Assembly (NCBI GenBank): GCA_963847445.1
Contig: CAWJZV010000027.1
Coordinates: 1-64,000, forward strand
Reading direction: 5' to 3'
DNA length: 64,000 nt
Origin: an uncultured delta proteobacterium
GTDB lineage: Bacteria; Desulfobacterota; Binatia; UBA9968
The notes under the pieces were generated by a model. It had not been told where the DNA came from. It ran no database searches and was given only the letters and a program-made list of their open reading frames with translations. The position numbers and the translations under genes are program-made. The number at the start of each line of letters is the position of its first letter. Positions within the stretch are counted from its first letter, which is position 1. Below are positions 51,118 through 62,166 of this stretch, piece after piece.

Positions 51118-52575
51118 TCAGGCTGCGCTGCGGCGTTGCATGCGCAGCGTGAAGCCGGGGCGTTGAATGAACACGCTAGCGCGGTCTTTTTGTTTCGACA
51201 ACTCGCCGACCAGATTGACCAGCGGATTACCGCCGTTCGCATAGGTCCGCGCCGGGCCGGCGGCGTACATGCGGTCGACGTCCTCTTTGCTGGAAAAAAA
51301 TCGCAACAAGAGTTCTTCGTCGTTCTTGCCGCCGTACTTTTTACGCAGCTCTTGGAGCGTGTCGGTTGGGTGAGGGCGGCCGGCGATCTCTTTGGCGCGC
51401 GGGCGATTCAAGATTTTTTCTTTGACGTTCTTGTCCATGAAGTCGGCGCCTTCTTTGCCCCAGATGCCCATGGCGTATTCGATGGTCTGGTCGGTGACCT
51501 GTTTGTAGCGCTCGCCGACAATCACATTGATGGCGGCCTGGCTGCCGACGAACTGCGACAGCGGCGTGACCATGATCGGGTAGCCGAAATCGGCGCGCAC
51601 CTGGGCGGCTTCTTCTAAGGTCTGATCGATTTTGTCATCCATGCCGACGCGGCTCAATTGATGGCGCAGGTTGGAAATCATGCCGCCGGGAATTTGATGG
51701 ACATATTGCGCGTAGTCGTATTCGGGAGTTTTACCGATGGGAAGATTCGCTTGCCTGGCGCAGGCGGTGAGAAACTTGGATGCCTCGCGCAAAGTTGCTT
51801 CATTGATCATGGTTTTATAGCCGAGGGCACGCGCGTTCATGGCGACATTGAATAGCGACGGGTTTCCCGAGCCGTCGGCGAGCGGTGGAATCGCCGTGTT
51901 GATGTGCACCATGCCGGCTTTGATCGCCTCCAAGCAGCACAGCGTGCCGAGACCCGTCGTGCAATGGGTGTGCAGTTCCAGCGTCGTCTTGCCCGCCGCT
52001 TTCAGTACCGCCGGAACGACGGTCTTGGTGCGCTCGGGAGTCAGGATGCCGCCGGGATCTTTGAATATCACGCGGTAAACATCGAGGGCGATCGCCTCTT
52101 TGAGTTTGGCTGCGTAGTATTCGTCGGTATGGCGCGGCGACACGGTGTAAATCAAATTGATAATCGGTTTCAGGCCGGCGTTCTTGGCCTGTTTGACGCG
52201 CCAGGCCCAGTCCGCGGCATCGTTCCATGAATCGGAGATGCGCACTTCGCTGACGCCGACATTGGCCATGCAGGTATCGAAGAGTTGGTGCAGGGCATCG
52301 GGATAAATGGCGAAGCCGCTGCGCGAGCCATGCACCAGGCGAAGAGGCGTGCGTTTGAATTTCGGGATAATCAATCGGTAGCGCTCCCAGGGATCTTCGC
52401 GCAGCTCTTTGACGCACTTGGGGATTTCAATGGGACCGCCGAGCTCGATGGCTTCGAAGCCGGCGTCGTCGAGTTGCGCGCAGATCGGCGCGATCATGCC
52501 GGTGCGGATGTTGTAGGCCCACAGACTCTGGGCGCCGTCGCGGATGGTGGTGTCTTGGAAATAAACTTCGGTCAT
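51118..52575 (-). CDS. Stand-alone carboxyltransferase domain (pyruvate carboxylase B / oxaloacetate decarboxylase alpha-like), no biotinyl domain
   Basis: DTTIRDGAQSL, EDPWER, FKDPGG, LHTHCTTG, HQIPGGMISN, GYPIMVTPLSQFVG; no MKM motif. Confidence 0.88.
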   Translation of the reverse strand: MTEVYFQDTTIRDGAQSLWAYNIRTGMIAPICAQLDDAGFEAIELGGPIEIPKCVKELREDPWERYRLIIPKFKRTPLRLVHGSRSGFAIYPDALHQLFDTCMANVGVSEVRISDSWNDAADWAWRVKQAKNAGLKPIINLIYTVSPRHTDEYYAAKLKEAIALDVYRVIFKDPGGILTPERTKTVVPAVLKAAGKTTLELHTHCTTGLGTLCCLEAIKAGMVHINTAIPPLADGSGNPSLFNVAMNARALGYKTMINEATLREASKFLTACARQANLPIGKTPEYDYAQYVHQIPGGMISNLRHQLSRVGMDDKIDQTLEEAAQVRADFGYPIMVTPLSQFVGSQAAINVIVGERYKQVTDQTIEYAMGIWGKEGADFMDKNVKEKILNRPRAKEIAGRPHPTDTLQELRKKYGGKNDEELLLRFFSSKEDVDRMYAAGPARTYANGGNPLVNLVGELSKQKDRASVFIQRPGFTLRMQRRSAA

Positions 52576-52645
52576 GGCAGGGTCCTAATATTTCGGTACT
52601 TCACGCGGTAGTGTGGAGATGTTTGCGCTATTGTCGTGATTGGTT

Positions 52646-52980
52646 TCACCACGAAGATCACGAAGGACAGAAGGGCTCGGACAATAAAGGTTCCGAACTT
52701 CGTGCTCTTTGTACTACTCTCCGTGATAGTTTGCGCAAGTTGCGCAAATGGTCCGGGAGCCGTGACGCCTCGGATTCGGATATTCCTCGCGCCAAGGCCG
52801 CCAAGGTCGCGAAGTGACAGGCCAGAGGCCTGTCATGCTGAGCGAATGCTAAAGATCGAAGATGGATTTCTCTCTCCGTTCGAAATGACAACGTTCTTCC
52901 TTTGCGCCCTTCGCGTGCTTTGCGCGAGATATTCCGAAATTCGGTTGCGGCGCAGCCGCGCTGTGTCCTTCGTGGTGAAA
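52646..52980. repeat. Composite of CACGAAG, CGCCAAG and GTCATGCTGAG...ATGAC repeat families
   Basis: Outer caccacgaag...cttcgtggtg arms enclosing a REP-like element at 52832-52889. Confidence 0.7.
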
Positions 52981-53045
52981 ATTGCTTCATAGTAAAACCA
53001 GGAGATCGATTTTTCTAACGTATAATCTAAACCAGCAGCAGGGTT

Positions 53046-53507
53046 TCATTCCTCGCGCAGCCAGATTTGGCTGCGGCCGAATAGCGACACGCCGATGAAA
53101 CCGCGCACTTCGAGCTTCTTGCCGCCGTCGATGAGTTTCATCTTGGCGCGATAGACTTTGCCGTTCTCCGGGTCGAGGATCTCGCCGCCTTGGTAGTCGT
53201 CCGCCTGCCTGGCTAGGCCCCAGAGTATCGTCATGCCGAGGACCGGTTGGTTTTTTCGCGTGCCATCGCATTTATCGCACCTGGGCGTCGGATCCTCGCC
53301 GGGTTTGGGGAAGATCTTTTCGATCTTGCCGTCAAAGCGGCCGTTCGCTTCGCGAATGCGCACCAAACCTTTCACCTGGCCGGAGCTATCGTCGATGGTC
53401 TTCCACAGGCCCGCCGGCGATAGCTCGTTGGCATGGAGCGACGATAGCGAAGCCAAAAAAATCGCCGTGCCGATGATTCCGCCGATCAAGTGTTTGACTC
53501 TGCGCAT
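53046..53507 (-). CDS. DUF2147 secreted protein
   Basis: GLWKTIDD, CDKCDG, GGEILDPENGKVY, LEVRGFIG..LFGRSQ.W.R. Confidence 0.9.
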   Translation of the reverse strand: MRRVKHLIGGIIGTAIFLASLSSLHANELSPAGLWKTIDDSSGQVKGLVRIREANGRFDGKIEKIFPKPGEDPTPRCDKCDGTRKNQPVLGMTILWGLARQADDYQGGEILDPENGKVYRAKMKLIDGGKKLEVRGFIGVSLFGRSQIWLREE

Positions 53508-53811
53508 AACTTGTCTGTTCCCCCGCTACTGTAAGCGATTCCAATTACTTAGCAGTTACGGCAACGATTTTCGATATGGCTGGCGCTGGACTGTTGTCGC
53601 CGCGCGAATGCCGCTCCGCCACCTCGGGCGTATGCCATACGCCCCTACGTTCGGATTTCCTCTGTAGATGTTTTTGCGGTCGTTGCGGTTAGCTATCCGA
53701 TTCCGAATCCGATTCTCTGTGATCTCGGTGCGACCTTCCGGTCGATCGAGGTGAATAGTCATGTCAAAAAATAAGTGCCTGCAATTAAGTGGCACTCGCC
53801 TGAAGCAACGT

Positions 53812-54813
53812 TCATTTGAACTTTGGGAAGACTTCCTTCGACATTAGCTCCAGGGTTCGGCGCACGTCGCCCATCGGCACGCCGCCAAAGTTGACCATGG
53901 CGATGACATGGGTGACGCCGATCTTTTCGTATTCGCGCAGAATGGCGACGGTATCTTGCGGCGTTGTGAACAGCGCCAGGTGTTCTTGCTTGATGTTGTC
54001 GAATTGCGGAATCTTCGAGCCGGGGCGGCGGTGGGTTTTGTGAAACGAGATGGCGCGCTCGAAGTAGGGCCGCGCGCCGGCGACCGCGGCTTGTTCGTTC
54101 TGGTGCAGATAGAAATGCATGGCGACCATGATGTTCGGCTTGCCGCTATGGCCCGCTTGAGCAAAGGAGTTGGCATAGAGATCGTTCTTCGCCTTTACGT
54201 CGGCGAGGTTCTGCGAGCGGGCGAATGGAATGCCCATCATCGGTAGGCCCATCTGGCCGGCTTTGATCAAGGTCTCGTCGCTGGAGGCGGCGAGCCAAGT
54301 CGGCGGCATGGGCTTTTGCAGCGGCTGCATATAGAGCGAGATGTTGTCGAAGTTGTAATGCTTGCCGTGGTGCGAGAACTTTTCCTGTGACCACGCCTTG
54401 AATATAATCTCCGTGCCTTCCCAGAATTTTTCTTTGGCTTCCTCCATCGACATGCCAAATTGCTCGAACTCCACCGGCGAGAAGCCGCTGCCGAGGGCGA
54501 ATTCCAGGCGTCCGTTGCACAGGTTGTCGGCCAGCGCGTACTCTTCGGCGACGATGAGCGGGTTGTGAAACGACGGCACGGCGATGGCCGGGCCGAGGCG
54601 AATTCGTTTGGTGCGCTGTCCGAGAGCGGCGATGAGCATCGGCGGCGAGACGCAGGTGCCGTACCAGTAGAGATGATGCTCTCCGAGCCAGAACGATTCG
54701 AAGCCCAACTCTTCGGCCCATTCGGCCATGGTCAAAACTTCGTCGTAATATTTCTGATTGGAGCGGCCGAGCTCAGGATGGTTGTCGCCGAAGATAAAGA
54801 TGCCGAATTTCAC
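53812..54813 (-). CDS. LLM-class flavin-dependent oxidoreductase
   Basis: AEELGFESFWLGEHH, NPLIVAEE, GRLEFALGSG, PLQKPMPP. Confidence 0.9.
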   Translation of the reverse strand: MKFGIFIFGDNHPELGRSNQKYYDEVLTMAEWAEELGFESFWLGEHHLYWYGTCVSPPMLIAALGQRTKRIRLGPAIAVPSFHNPLIVAEEYALADNLCNGRLEFALGSGFSPVEFEQFGMSMEEAKEKFWEGTEIIFKAWSQEKFSHHGKHYNFDNISLYMQPLQKPMPPTWLAASSDETLIKAGQMGLPMMGIPFARSQNLADVKAKNDLYANSFAQAGHSGKPNIMVAMHFYLHQNEQAAVAGARPYFERAISFHKTHRRPGSKIPQFDNIKQEHLALFTTPQDTVAILREYEKIGVTHVIAMVNFGGVPMGDVRRTLELMSKEVFPKFK

Positions 54814-54886
54814 TGCAAGCTCCTCTTTTCGATTTGACCCACTCCCTCTTAACGTAAACTAGAAAGGGCGACAAGCGCTGGTCGAT

Positions 54887-56090
54887 TTATTCCAACTTTC
54901 GCCAGTTGAGGATAGTCAGCACCAGTCCTGAACTGCCGAGCACGGCGAGCAAAGCGTAAGTCCAAGTGTAGCCGACCATGTCTACGGCGCTACCCGTGAT
55001 AAACGCGCCGACGCCGTAGCCGAGCGGGTAGGCGATCGAAAATGATGCCATGAAGCGGCCGCGCCGCTCGGGCGTGGCTCGCTTCATCGCAATGATCAGC
55101 GTTGCCGAACCGCCGATCGCCATGCCGAGCATGTAGAGCACGCCCGCGCACAAGATCGTCGCGAGGTTTGACGCAGCGACTAATAATATGAGGGCGAGGG
55201 ACTGCAGGGTGAAAGTCGCGACTAGAGAATAGCCGATGCCGATGCGATCGGAGACGCGGCCGAGCAATGGGCGGGCGAGCACGCTGGTGATGCCGCTGAC
55301 GACGAAATAGGAACCGATGGCGTCGATGCCGATCTCGCGGGCGTAAAGCACGATGAAACTGGTGGTCGCCGGGAAACTCAGCTGATTGCAGAACATCAAG
55401 CGCCGCGGGCAATAACACGCCCTGTTCCGCCACGCTGAAGATTTGCCGCCACCAGGGGAGCGACGCTGATTGTGATTCGGCCTGATGCTCCACGGTCGGA
55501 ACCTGACGAGACATGAAATAGCAAACGCCGGCTCCGGCGAGGCCCAAAGCGATCATGATGGTAAAGACCAAATTGTATCCGCCAAAAGGCGCGTGCAACA
55601 ACCACAGCGCGACGGCGGGAAAAAGCACCGTCGGCGTCGATTGCGCGCCGCTGTAATATCCCGACGCCTCGCCGCGGCGCGATGCCGGCGCGATGCGCGC
55701 CAAGAGAGCGTAGCCGCCGGCGTTGACTCCGGCCCAGCCGATGCCGCGCAGGGCGTTGGCGAGCAGGACCATGCTGACGAAGGGGAAAAAGCACAGCAGC
55801 ATGCTCGCCGCCAACATGAGCAGGCCGAACGCCAACACGCCGCACTCGCTCCAGCGGTCCGACCAGTAACCGATAAAGGGCCGGGCGATCACGCTGGTCG
55901 CGGCAAACGAGGAGATCGCCAATCCGACCACGAAGGGCGAACCGCCCAATTGGGTGATGTAGAGCGGGATCGTCGGGTTGAGCATGGCCTGCTGCGCGTA
56001 GCCCAACGACTGGACTATGCACAGCAGTGTAAACGTCGAGGTCCAGAGTTGTGTGGATTTAGCAACTATCACCGATGTATGGGCTTTCAT
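54887..56090 (-). CDS. MFS transporter, tandem paralog 5 (frameshift near 55397)
   Basis: LWTSTF, RPFIGYWSDRWSE, RRGEASGYYSGAQ, RPLLGRVSDRIG. Confidence 0.88.
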
Positions 56091-56436
56091 GCGACCAAGA
56101 ATTTCTCACCTCGAAGTGAGGCACGAAGGTCGGAGCCAAGAGGGCGGGTTTAAAACCCGCCCCTACTTCCGGAATATGTCTTGAATTGTTTTGCGCCCTT
56201 GGCATTGCAATCCATTAGAGTTTACGTCGGCTGCGCAAATTTTGTGGCCACGCGATTGCCGCTCCACCACCCCAGGGCGTATGCCATACGCCCCTACGTG
56301 TGGATTTCCTCGTGCGATTTTTTGCGTTCTTTGCGCCCTTTGCGGTTAATAATCCGAATCCGAACCGGGCCGGTCGCGACCGGCCCCACTCGTGATCTCT
56401 GTACCCTCTGTGGTGAAATTTTTCTCCGAGAGCGGG

Positions 56437-57622
56437 TCATTTCAGTTTCGCCCATTGTTTCCAGATCACGATGAAACCCAGTCGAGCAGAGGATGCCGGC
56501 GATGGTGAACATCCAGCGGAAACCGGCCAGATCGACGACTATGCCGTTGATCAACGCGCCGGTGCCGTTGCTTAGGGGCAAAGCGGTGGAATAGCTTGCC
56601 ATCGCCCGGCCGCGACGCTGTGCCGGCGCGGATTCCATTGCCAGTGCCATGATCCGCGCGCCGCCGATGGCGGCGCCGGTGTACCAAAGAGCGCCGCTCA
56701 AGATCAAGCCTGGGAGACTGCTTGCGAACGGCATGATCAGCAAGGCCGCAGTCTCAAGACTGAAGGCGATCAGCAATGACCGGCCGGCGCCGAGTTTGTC
56801 GGAAAAGCGGCCGAGCAGCGGGCGCCCGAGGGCGCTGGTCACGCCGACGGCAACGTAATACCAACCAAAGTTGCCGACGCCGAGATCACGGGCGTAAAGC
56901 ACAATGAAGCTGGAGAAACAGGGCAGCGACATGTTCAAAGTAAAAATCAGCAACGCCGCGGTGAGAATGTGGCGGTCGACGACATTGACAATCTCGCGCC
57001 ACCACGAATCTCGATGGTCAGTATTACTTTCCTGGCTGTGCGGCGGCGCGACGCGCGCCAGGGCCCACGCCGCGATTGCGCCGCTGAAAACGAACGCCAT
57101 CGCCAACAGAAATACCGCGCGAAAACCGCCCAGCGGTGCGTCGATGATCCAAAGCGCAATGGCGGGGAAAATGATCGTTGCGCTGGACTGGACCCCGCCG
57201 AAATAACCGGATGCTTCACCGCGACGTTGCGGCGGCGCGGAGGTCGCCAGCAGCGTGTAGCCCGATGCCGCCATACTCGACCAAGCAATGCCGCGCAGCG
57301 CGTTGGAAAAAATCACCGCGGCGTTGAACGGCAGCAAGCAAAACACGATGCTCAGCCCCTGGCCGATCATGCCGAGCAACATCATCCCGGGAGCGCTCCA
57401 GCGATCGACCCAGTATCCGATGATCGGCCGCGAGATGACGCTGGTGATGCCAAAGGCGGCGATCACTAGACCGACGATGAACGGCGAGCCGCCCAGGTAG
57501 GTGATATAGAGCGGCAGCGCCGGCTGCAGAAGGAAGTGCTGCGCATAGCAAAGAAATTCCGCCAAGCAGAGCAGCACGAACGCTCGCGTCCAAAGGGATC
57601 GGTTGGTCGATGCAACGGACAT
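56437..57622 (-). CDS. MFS transporter, tandem paralog 4 (C-terminal frameshift)
   Basis: LWTRAF, RPIIGYWVDRWS, RRGEASGYFGGVQ, WWREI. Confidence 0.88.
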
Positions 57623-57729
57623 CGTTGTGGTCTAGCATGGCGGCGGGAAAAACTCATGCGGTGGACGGCGAAGTTGGAGTGATGGAGTGTTGGAGTAATG
57701 GAGACTGGGTTTTCGGAAGGCCTCATCCA

Positions 57730-58912
57730 TCTCGCAGCATTCCAATTCTCTACAGTCTTGGCGCCACGCGACGAAGAATCAATCCGCCCGCTTGGATCGG
57801 GCCAGCAGCAGAAACATGCCGATGTAGCCGGCGATGTCGATGGCGCTGCCGGTGATGAGCGAGCCGACGCCATAACTTAACGGGTAGGCGACGGAGAAGG
57901 TCGCCATCTGTTTGCCGCGCCGTTGGGGATCGGCGCGTTCGACGGCTAGGGCGAGCGTCGTCGAACTGCCGATGGCATTGCCGAGCATGTAAATCGCGCC
58001 GCAGACAATCACGCCCAATAAATTGGACATTATGGTGATCAGAATCAGGGCGATCACCTGCAAGGCAAAGCCGGCAGCGATGGAACGAGCTCGGCCGATG
58101 CGATCGGACAGGCGGCCGAGCAGCGGCCGGCCGAGCATGCTGGTGGCGCCGATGACGACGAAATAGGCGGCGAAGTTGCCGATGCCAAGTTCTTTGGCGT
58201 AGAGAATTATGAAGTTGGTGAGCGCCGGCAGCGATAGGTTGAGCCAGAGCAGGAGCAGCGACGGCAGGAAGATCTCCGGCTCGACGAAATGAAATATTTC
58301 GCGCCACCAATCGGTTTTTTCATGGGTGCCGTGCACTTTCGCCGGAGGTGGCACCGACGATGCCATGGCCCAGCCGGTGAGCGCGCCGGCGATGGAAAAA
58401 ATCGCCGTGACGACGAACACCAGGCGGTAGCCGCCGAAGGACGCGTAGAGCAGCCAGAGGGCGAAGGGCGGAAAAAAGATTTGCGCCGAGCTTTGCACGC
58501 CGCTGTAGAGCCCGGAGGCGGCGCCGCGCTTTTTCTCGGGGGAGATCAGCGCCAGGAGCGAGTAACCGCCGGTGTTCAAACCCGCCCAGCCGATGCCGCG
58601 CAGGCCATTGGCCAATGCCGTGGCCGGGACGAACGGAATGAAGCAGAGAAAAATGCTCACGGCTTGAAATAGCAAACCGGCGATCATCACGCCGGCTTCG
58701 CTCCAACGGTCGGCCCAGTGACCGACCAGCGGACGGACCACGACGCTGGTGACGGCGAAGCAGGCGAGCACGATGCCGACGACGAACGGCGATGCGCCCA
58801 GTTGCGTGAGAAACAGCGGCAGCACCGGCGCGAGCATGAAATGCTGCGCGTAGCCGAGCAACTGCGCGGCGCAGAGAAAAATAAACGTCTTGGTCCAGAT
58901 GGTGTCAGCCAT
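57730..58912 (-). CDS. MFS transporter, tandem paralog 3 (C-terminal frameshifts; end approximate)
   Basis: IWTKTF, RPLVGHWADRWSE, KRGAASGLYSGVQ, WWREI. Confidence 0.87.
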
Positions 58913-58926
58913 AAGAATAGGATTTC

Positions 58927-59015
58927 GTTCAAGGGTTCAAGGTTCAACGTTCAATGTCAGAGATGCCGCTCCGAAGTGTTCCGTCCTTGAACTCTTGAAC
59001 CCTTGAACCTTGAAC
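58927..59015. repeat. GTTCAA heptamer inverted tandem element
   Basis: gttcaagggttcaaggttcaacgttcaa ... ttgaactcttgaacccttgaaccttgaac. Confidence 0.78.
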
Positions 59016-59026
59016 GGCGGCCTGAG

Positions 59027-60208
59027 CTATTTCAGCCTTGCCCGGTTGGCGATGGTGATGAACAGTCCGCTGGCGCCGAGGGCGGCGAGGACGAGATACA
59101 TGGCGAAAAATCCGAACCATTGCACCAGGCTGCCGCAGATCAAAGCGCCGATGCCGTTGCTGAGCGGTAGCGCGATGGAAAAGGTCGCCATGGCACGGCC
59201 GCGCCGTTCGGGCTTGGCTTGTTCCATGGCGATGGCGAGAGTCGTCGAGCTGCTCATGGCGAGGCCGAGCATATAAAGCGCGCCGGAAATGATTAGAGCG
59301 AATAGGTTGGTAGCGAAAGCGAGTAGCACCAGGGCGATGGTTTCCAGGATGAAGCAGGCGAGTAAGGCGCGGCCGCGGCCGACCCGGTCGGAGACTTTGC
59401 CGAGCAGCGGTCGCGCCAGGATGCTGGTGGCGCCGCTGACGACGTAGAACCAACCGATGTTGTCGATCGCCAGTTCGCGGGCGTAGAGGACTAAAAAGCT
59501 CGCCACCGCCGGGAAGGTGACGTGGGAGACAAACGACAGAACCGAGGCGAGAATGATCTCGCGGTCGAGGACGCTCAGGATCTCCTGCCACCAGGGACCG
59601 GACGGCGCGGCGCGCCGCTCTTGGCTGCGCGGCGGCACATGGCGCTTGAGCACGGCGGCGGCCACCGCGCCGGTGGCGGCCAGGGCGAATGCGACGGCGA
59701 AGACGACGCGAAAGCCGCCGAAGGGCGCGGCGATGAGCCAAAGCGCGACTGCCGGCAGTAATATCGTCCCGCTCGCCTGCACGCCGCTATAATATCCCGA
59801 CGCTTCGCCGCGCCGCTGCGGCGGCGCGCTCAGCGCCAGCATGGAATAACCGGCGGCGCTCATGGCGGCCCAGCCGATGCCGCGCAGGGCATTGGCGAAC
59901 ATGGTGGCTTCGGTGAGCGGAATGAAACAGAGCAACACCGCGAGCGCCAGCAAGGTTAGTCCGCAAAACGACACGCCGGGCTCGGACCATTGATCGGCCC
60001 AGCCGCCGATGATCGGCCGAAAGACCACGCTGGTGACGGCGAAGCAGGCGATCACGAGGCCGACTTGAAACGGCGTGCCGCCGAGCGACGTGATGTAGAG
60101 CGGGAAGGTCGGCTGCAGCAGCGCATGCTGCGACGAGCCGAAGAACTGCGCGGTGCAGAGCAGCAGAAAAGTGCGCGTCCAGAGGGTGTGAGATTGTGGC
60201 GTGGACAT
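59027..60208 (-). CDS. MFS transporter, tandem paralog 2
   Basis: Intact 393 aa; LWTRTF, RRGEASGYYSGVQ, WWQEI, RPLLGKVSDRVG. Confidence 0.9.
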   Translation of the reverse strand: MSTPQSHTLWTRTFLLLCTAQFFGSSQHALLQPTFPLYITSLGGTPFQVGLVIACFAVTSVVFRPIIGGWADQWSEPGVSFCGLTLLALAVLLCFIPLTEATMFANALRGIGWAAMSAAGYSMLALSAPPQRRGEASGYYSGVQASGTILLPAVALWLIAAPFGGFRVVFAVAFALAATGAVAAAVLKRHVPPRSQERRAAPSGPWWQEILSVLDREIILASVLSFVSHVTFPAVASFLVLYARELAIDNIGWFYVVSGATSILARPLLGKVSDRVGRGRALLACFILETIALVLLAFATNLFALIISGALYMLGLAMSSSTTLAIAMEQAKPERRGRAMATFSIALPLSNGIGALICGSLVQWFGFFAMYLVLAALGASGLFITIANRARLK

Positions 60209-60560
60209 GGATTAGGATGGTTCACCACGAAGGCACGAAGGACACGAAGTTTTGGATTCGGAAGGTTCCTCCCGCAAAGTAATTCATGTACCAATCGGTA
60301 CAACACAGCAAATGAAAATGAGCTGCGCCACGTTCAAGAGCAACGACGGAAAATCCGCCCAATGGCCGCGCCCTTTGCCAAAGGGGGCGAGCCGAAGGAC
60401 CGGGGGATTTTTGGCCTCTAGTCGGCATTCCTGCCACAAGAGGCGCAAAGACGCCAAGTTCGGAGGGGAAATTGAAAAATTACTAAGAAATTTTTTCACC
60501 GTTCTTTTTTCTTCGAACTTTGCGAGCTTTGCGGCTTTGCGGGAGATATTCCGGTGACGA

Positions 60561-61742
60561 TCATTGCAAGCTCGCGCGGTTTTTCCAGGTGATCCATAGG
60601 CCGGGAAGATTGAGCAGGGCGACGAAGATAAACATCCAGCTGTAGCCGGCGATTTGAATGGCGCTGCCGGCGAGCAGCGAGCCGACGCCGGCGCTGAGCG
60701 GATAGGCCATCGAATAAGTGGCGATCACTTGGCCGCGCCGTTCCGGATTGGCGTGCTGCAGGGCGAGCGCCAACGTCGCCGCGGTGCCCATTGACGAGCC
60801 GGTCATGTAGAGCACTCCTGAGACGATCATGCCGCCCAGCGTGGTGGCATTTACGACGACGAAAAATGCCGTGGCTTCGAGTACGAAGCCAGCGGCGATA
60901 GCGGCGCCACGGCCAATCTTGTCGGAGAGCTGGCCGAGCATTGGCCGGGCAATTAGACTCGTCGCGCCGCTGGCGACGTAGTACCAGCCGAAATGCTCGA
61001 TGCCCAATTGGCGCGCGTAGAGCACCAGAAAGCCGGCGACGGCGGGCAGCGAGACATGCAAGGCGAACAGTAAACCGGCGGCGAGCAAAATATCTTTGTC
61101 GGGAATTCGAATGATCTCGCGCCACCAGGGACCGGCGAGCGCGTTGCGCCGTTGCCGCGCAGTGTCTGCGGCGCGATCGCGCAGCAGCAGGCCGAGGGCG
61201 GCGCCGGCGACGGCGATGGTCATGGAAACCGCGAAGACGACGTGAAAGCCGCCGAAGGGCGCGTCGATCAACCAGAGCGCCAAGGCGGGCAAGAGAATCG
61301 TCGCGCTGCCCTGGGCGCCGCTGTAATAACCCGACGCTTCACCGCGGCGGGCGGCGGGAGCGCTTTGGGCGAGCAGCGCGTAGCCGCCGGAGTTGACGCT
61401 GGCCCAGCCGACGCCGCGGCAGCTATTGGCGATCATCGTGGTGCCGACAAACGGCAGGTAGCAAAGCAACACGCTGGCGCCTTGGATTAACAGGCCGGAG
61501 ACCATTACCCCGGCTTCGCTCCAGCGGTCGGACCAATAGCCGACCAGCGGCCGCAGGATCATGCTGGTGGCGGCGAACGACGCCATCACCAAACCGACGA
61601 CAAACGGTGTCGCGCCGAGATGCGTGACGTAAATCGGCAGCGTCGGTTGCAGCACGAAGTGCTGCGCGTAGCCTAAGAACTGGACGATGCAGAGCAGCAC
61701 GAAAGCGCGGGTCCAGAGGGTGTCGGTGGTTGCCGGAGTCAT
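60561..61742 (-). CDS. MFS transporter, tandem paralog 1
   Basis: Intact 393 aa; LWTRAF, RPLVGYWSDRWSE, RRGEASGYYSGAQ, WWREI. Confidence 0.9.
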   Translation of the reverse strand: MTPATTDTLWTRAFVLLCIVQFLGYAQHFVLQPTLPIYVTHLGATPFVVGLVMASFAATSMILRPLVGYWSDRWSEAGVMVSGLLIQGASVLLCYLPFVGTTMIANSCRGVGWASVNSGGYALLAQSAPAARRGEASGYYSGAQGSATILLPALALWLIDAPFGGFHVVFAVSMTIAVAGAALGLLLRDRAADTARQRRNALAGPWWREIIRIPDKDILLAAGLLFALHVSLPAVAGFLVLYARQLGIEHFGWYYVASGATSLIARPMLGQLSDKIGRGAAIAAGFVLEATAFFVVVNATTLGGMIVSGVLYMTGSSMGTAATLALALQHANPERRGQVIATYSMAYPLSAGVGSLLAGSAIQIAGYSWMFIFVALLNLPGLWITWKNRASLQ

Positions 61743-61907
61743 TGAAGCTGAGTCAGTTCCGACTGTTCTTATACAAGCTTCGCGACGGTGCCGCTAGGCG
61801 AGTAAAGAGAAATTCTTTGTGCTGGCTCGTGGATAGAGGATAGAGGATTGCGGATGGCGAGACTGGTTGTGTATGGTTCGAAACGGCTAATATTCCCTCG
61901 GCGCTGG

Positions 61908-62023
61908 TTGATATCTCGCTCCTTCAGGTGATGCGAAGGTTTGTCATGCCGGCGAAGGCCGGCATCCAGGTTCGATTTGGTTCGAATTCAAATAAACTGG
62001 ATTCCGGCCTGCGCCGGAATGAC
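61908..62023. repeat. Composite element: TTGATATCTCGCTC leader plus GTCATGCCGGCG...CCGGAATGAC hairpin pair
   Basis: Homologous to 30244-30403. Confidence 0.7.
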
Positions 62024-62105
62024 GGAAGGAAGAGTTTACTACCAGTCGACGAGTTCAGCGACCCTCAGCTTAAAGCTGAAGGTCGTTCAGTTGATTAGGT
62101 TAGAC

Positions 62106-62137
62106 AAAAAACGGCCCAGACGTTTGCACGCCGGGCC
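62106..62137 (-). terminator. Rho-independent terminator of the cytochrome c gene
   Basis: Minus strand GGCCCGGCG-loop-CGTCTGGGCC followed by G-TTTTTT, 30 nt after the stop. Confidence 0.7.
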
Positions 62138-62166
62138 TGTCGATTCTGTCTGCGTTTGTTCGCGGG

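Noticed and set aside
1733-58912. Many frameshifted genes as pseudogenes or programmed frameshifts
   Set aside because: Indels are scattered over unrelated genes with intact motifs and no slippery sites; long-read consensus error is the simplest explanation, though unproven without reads
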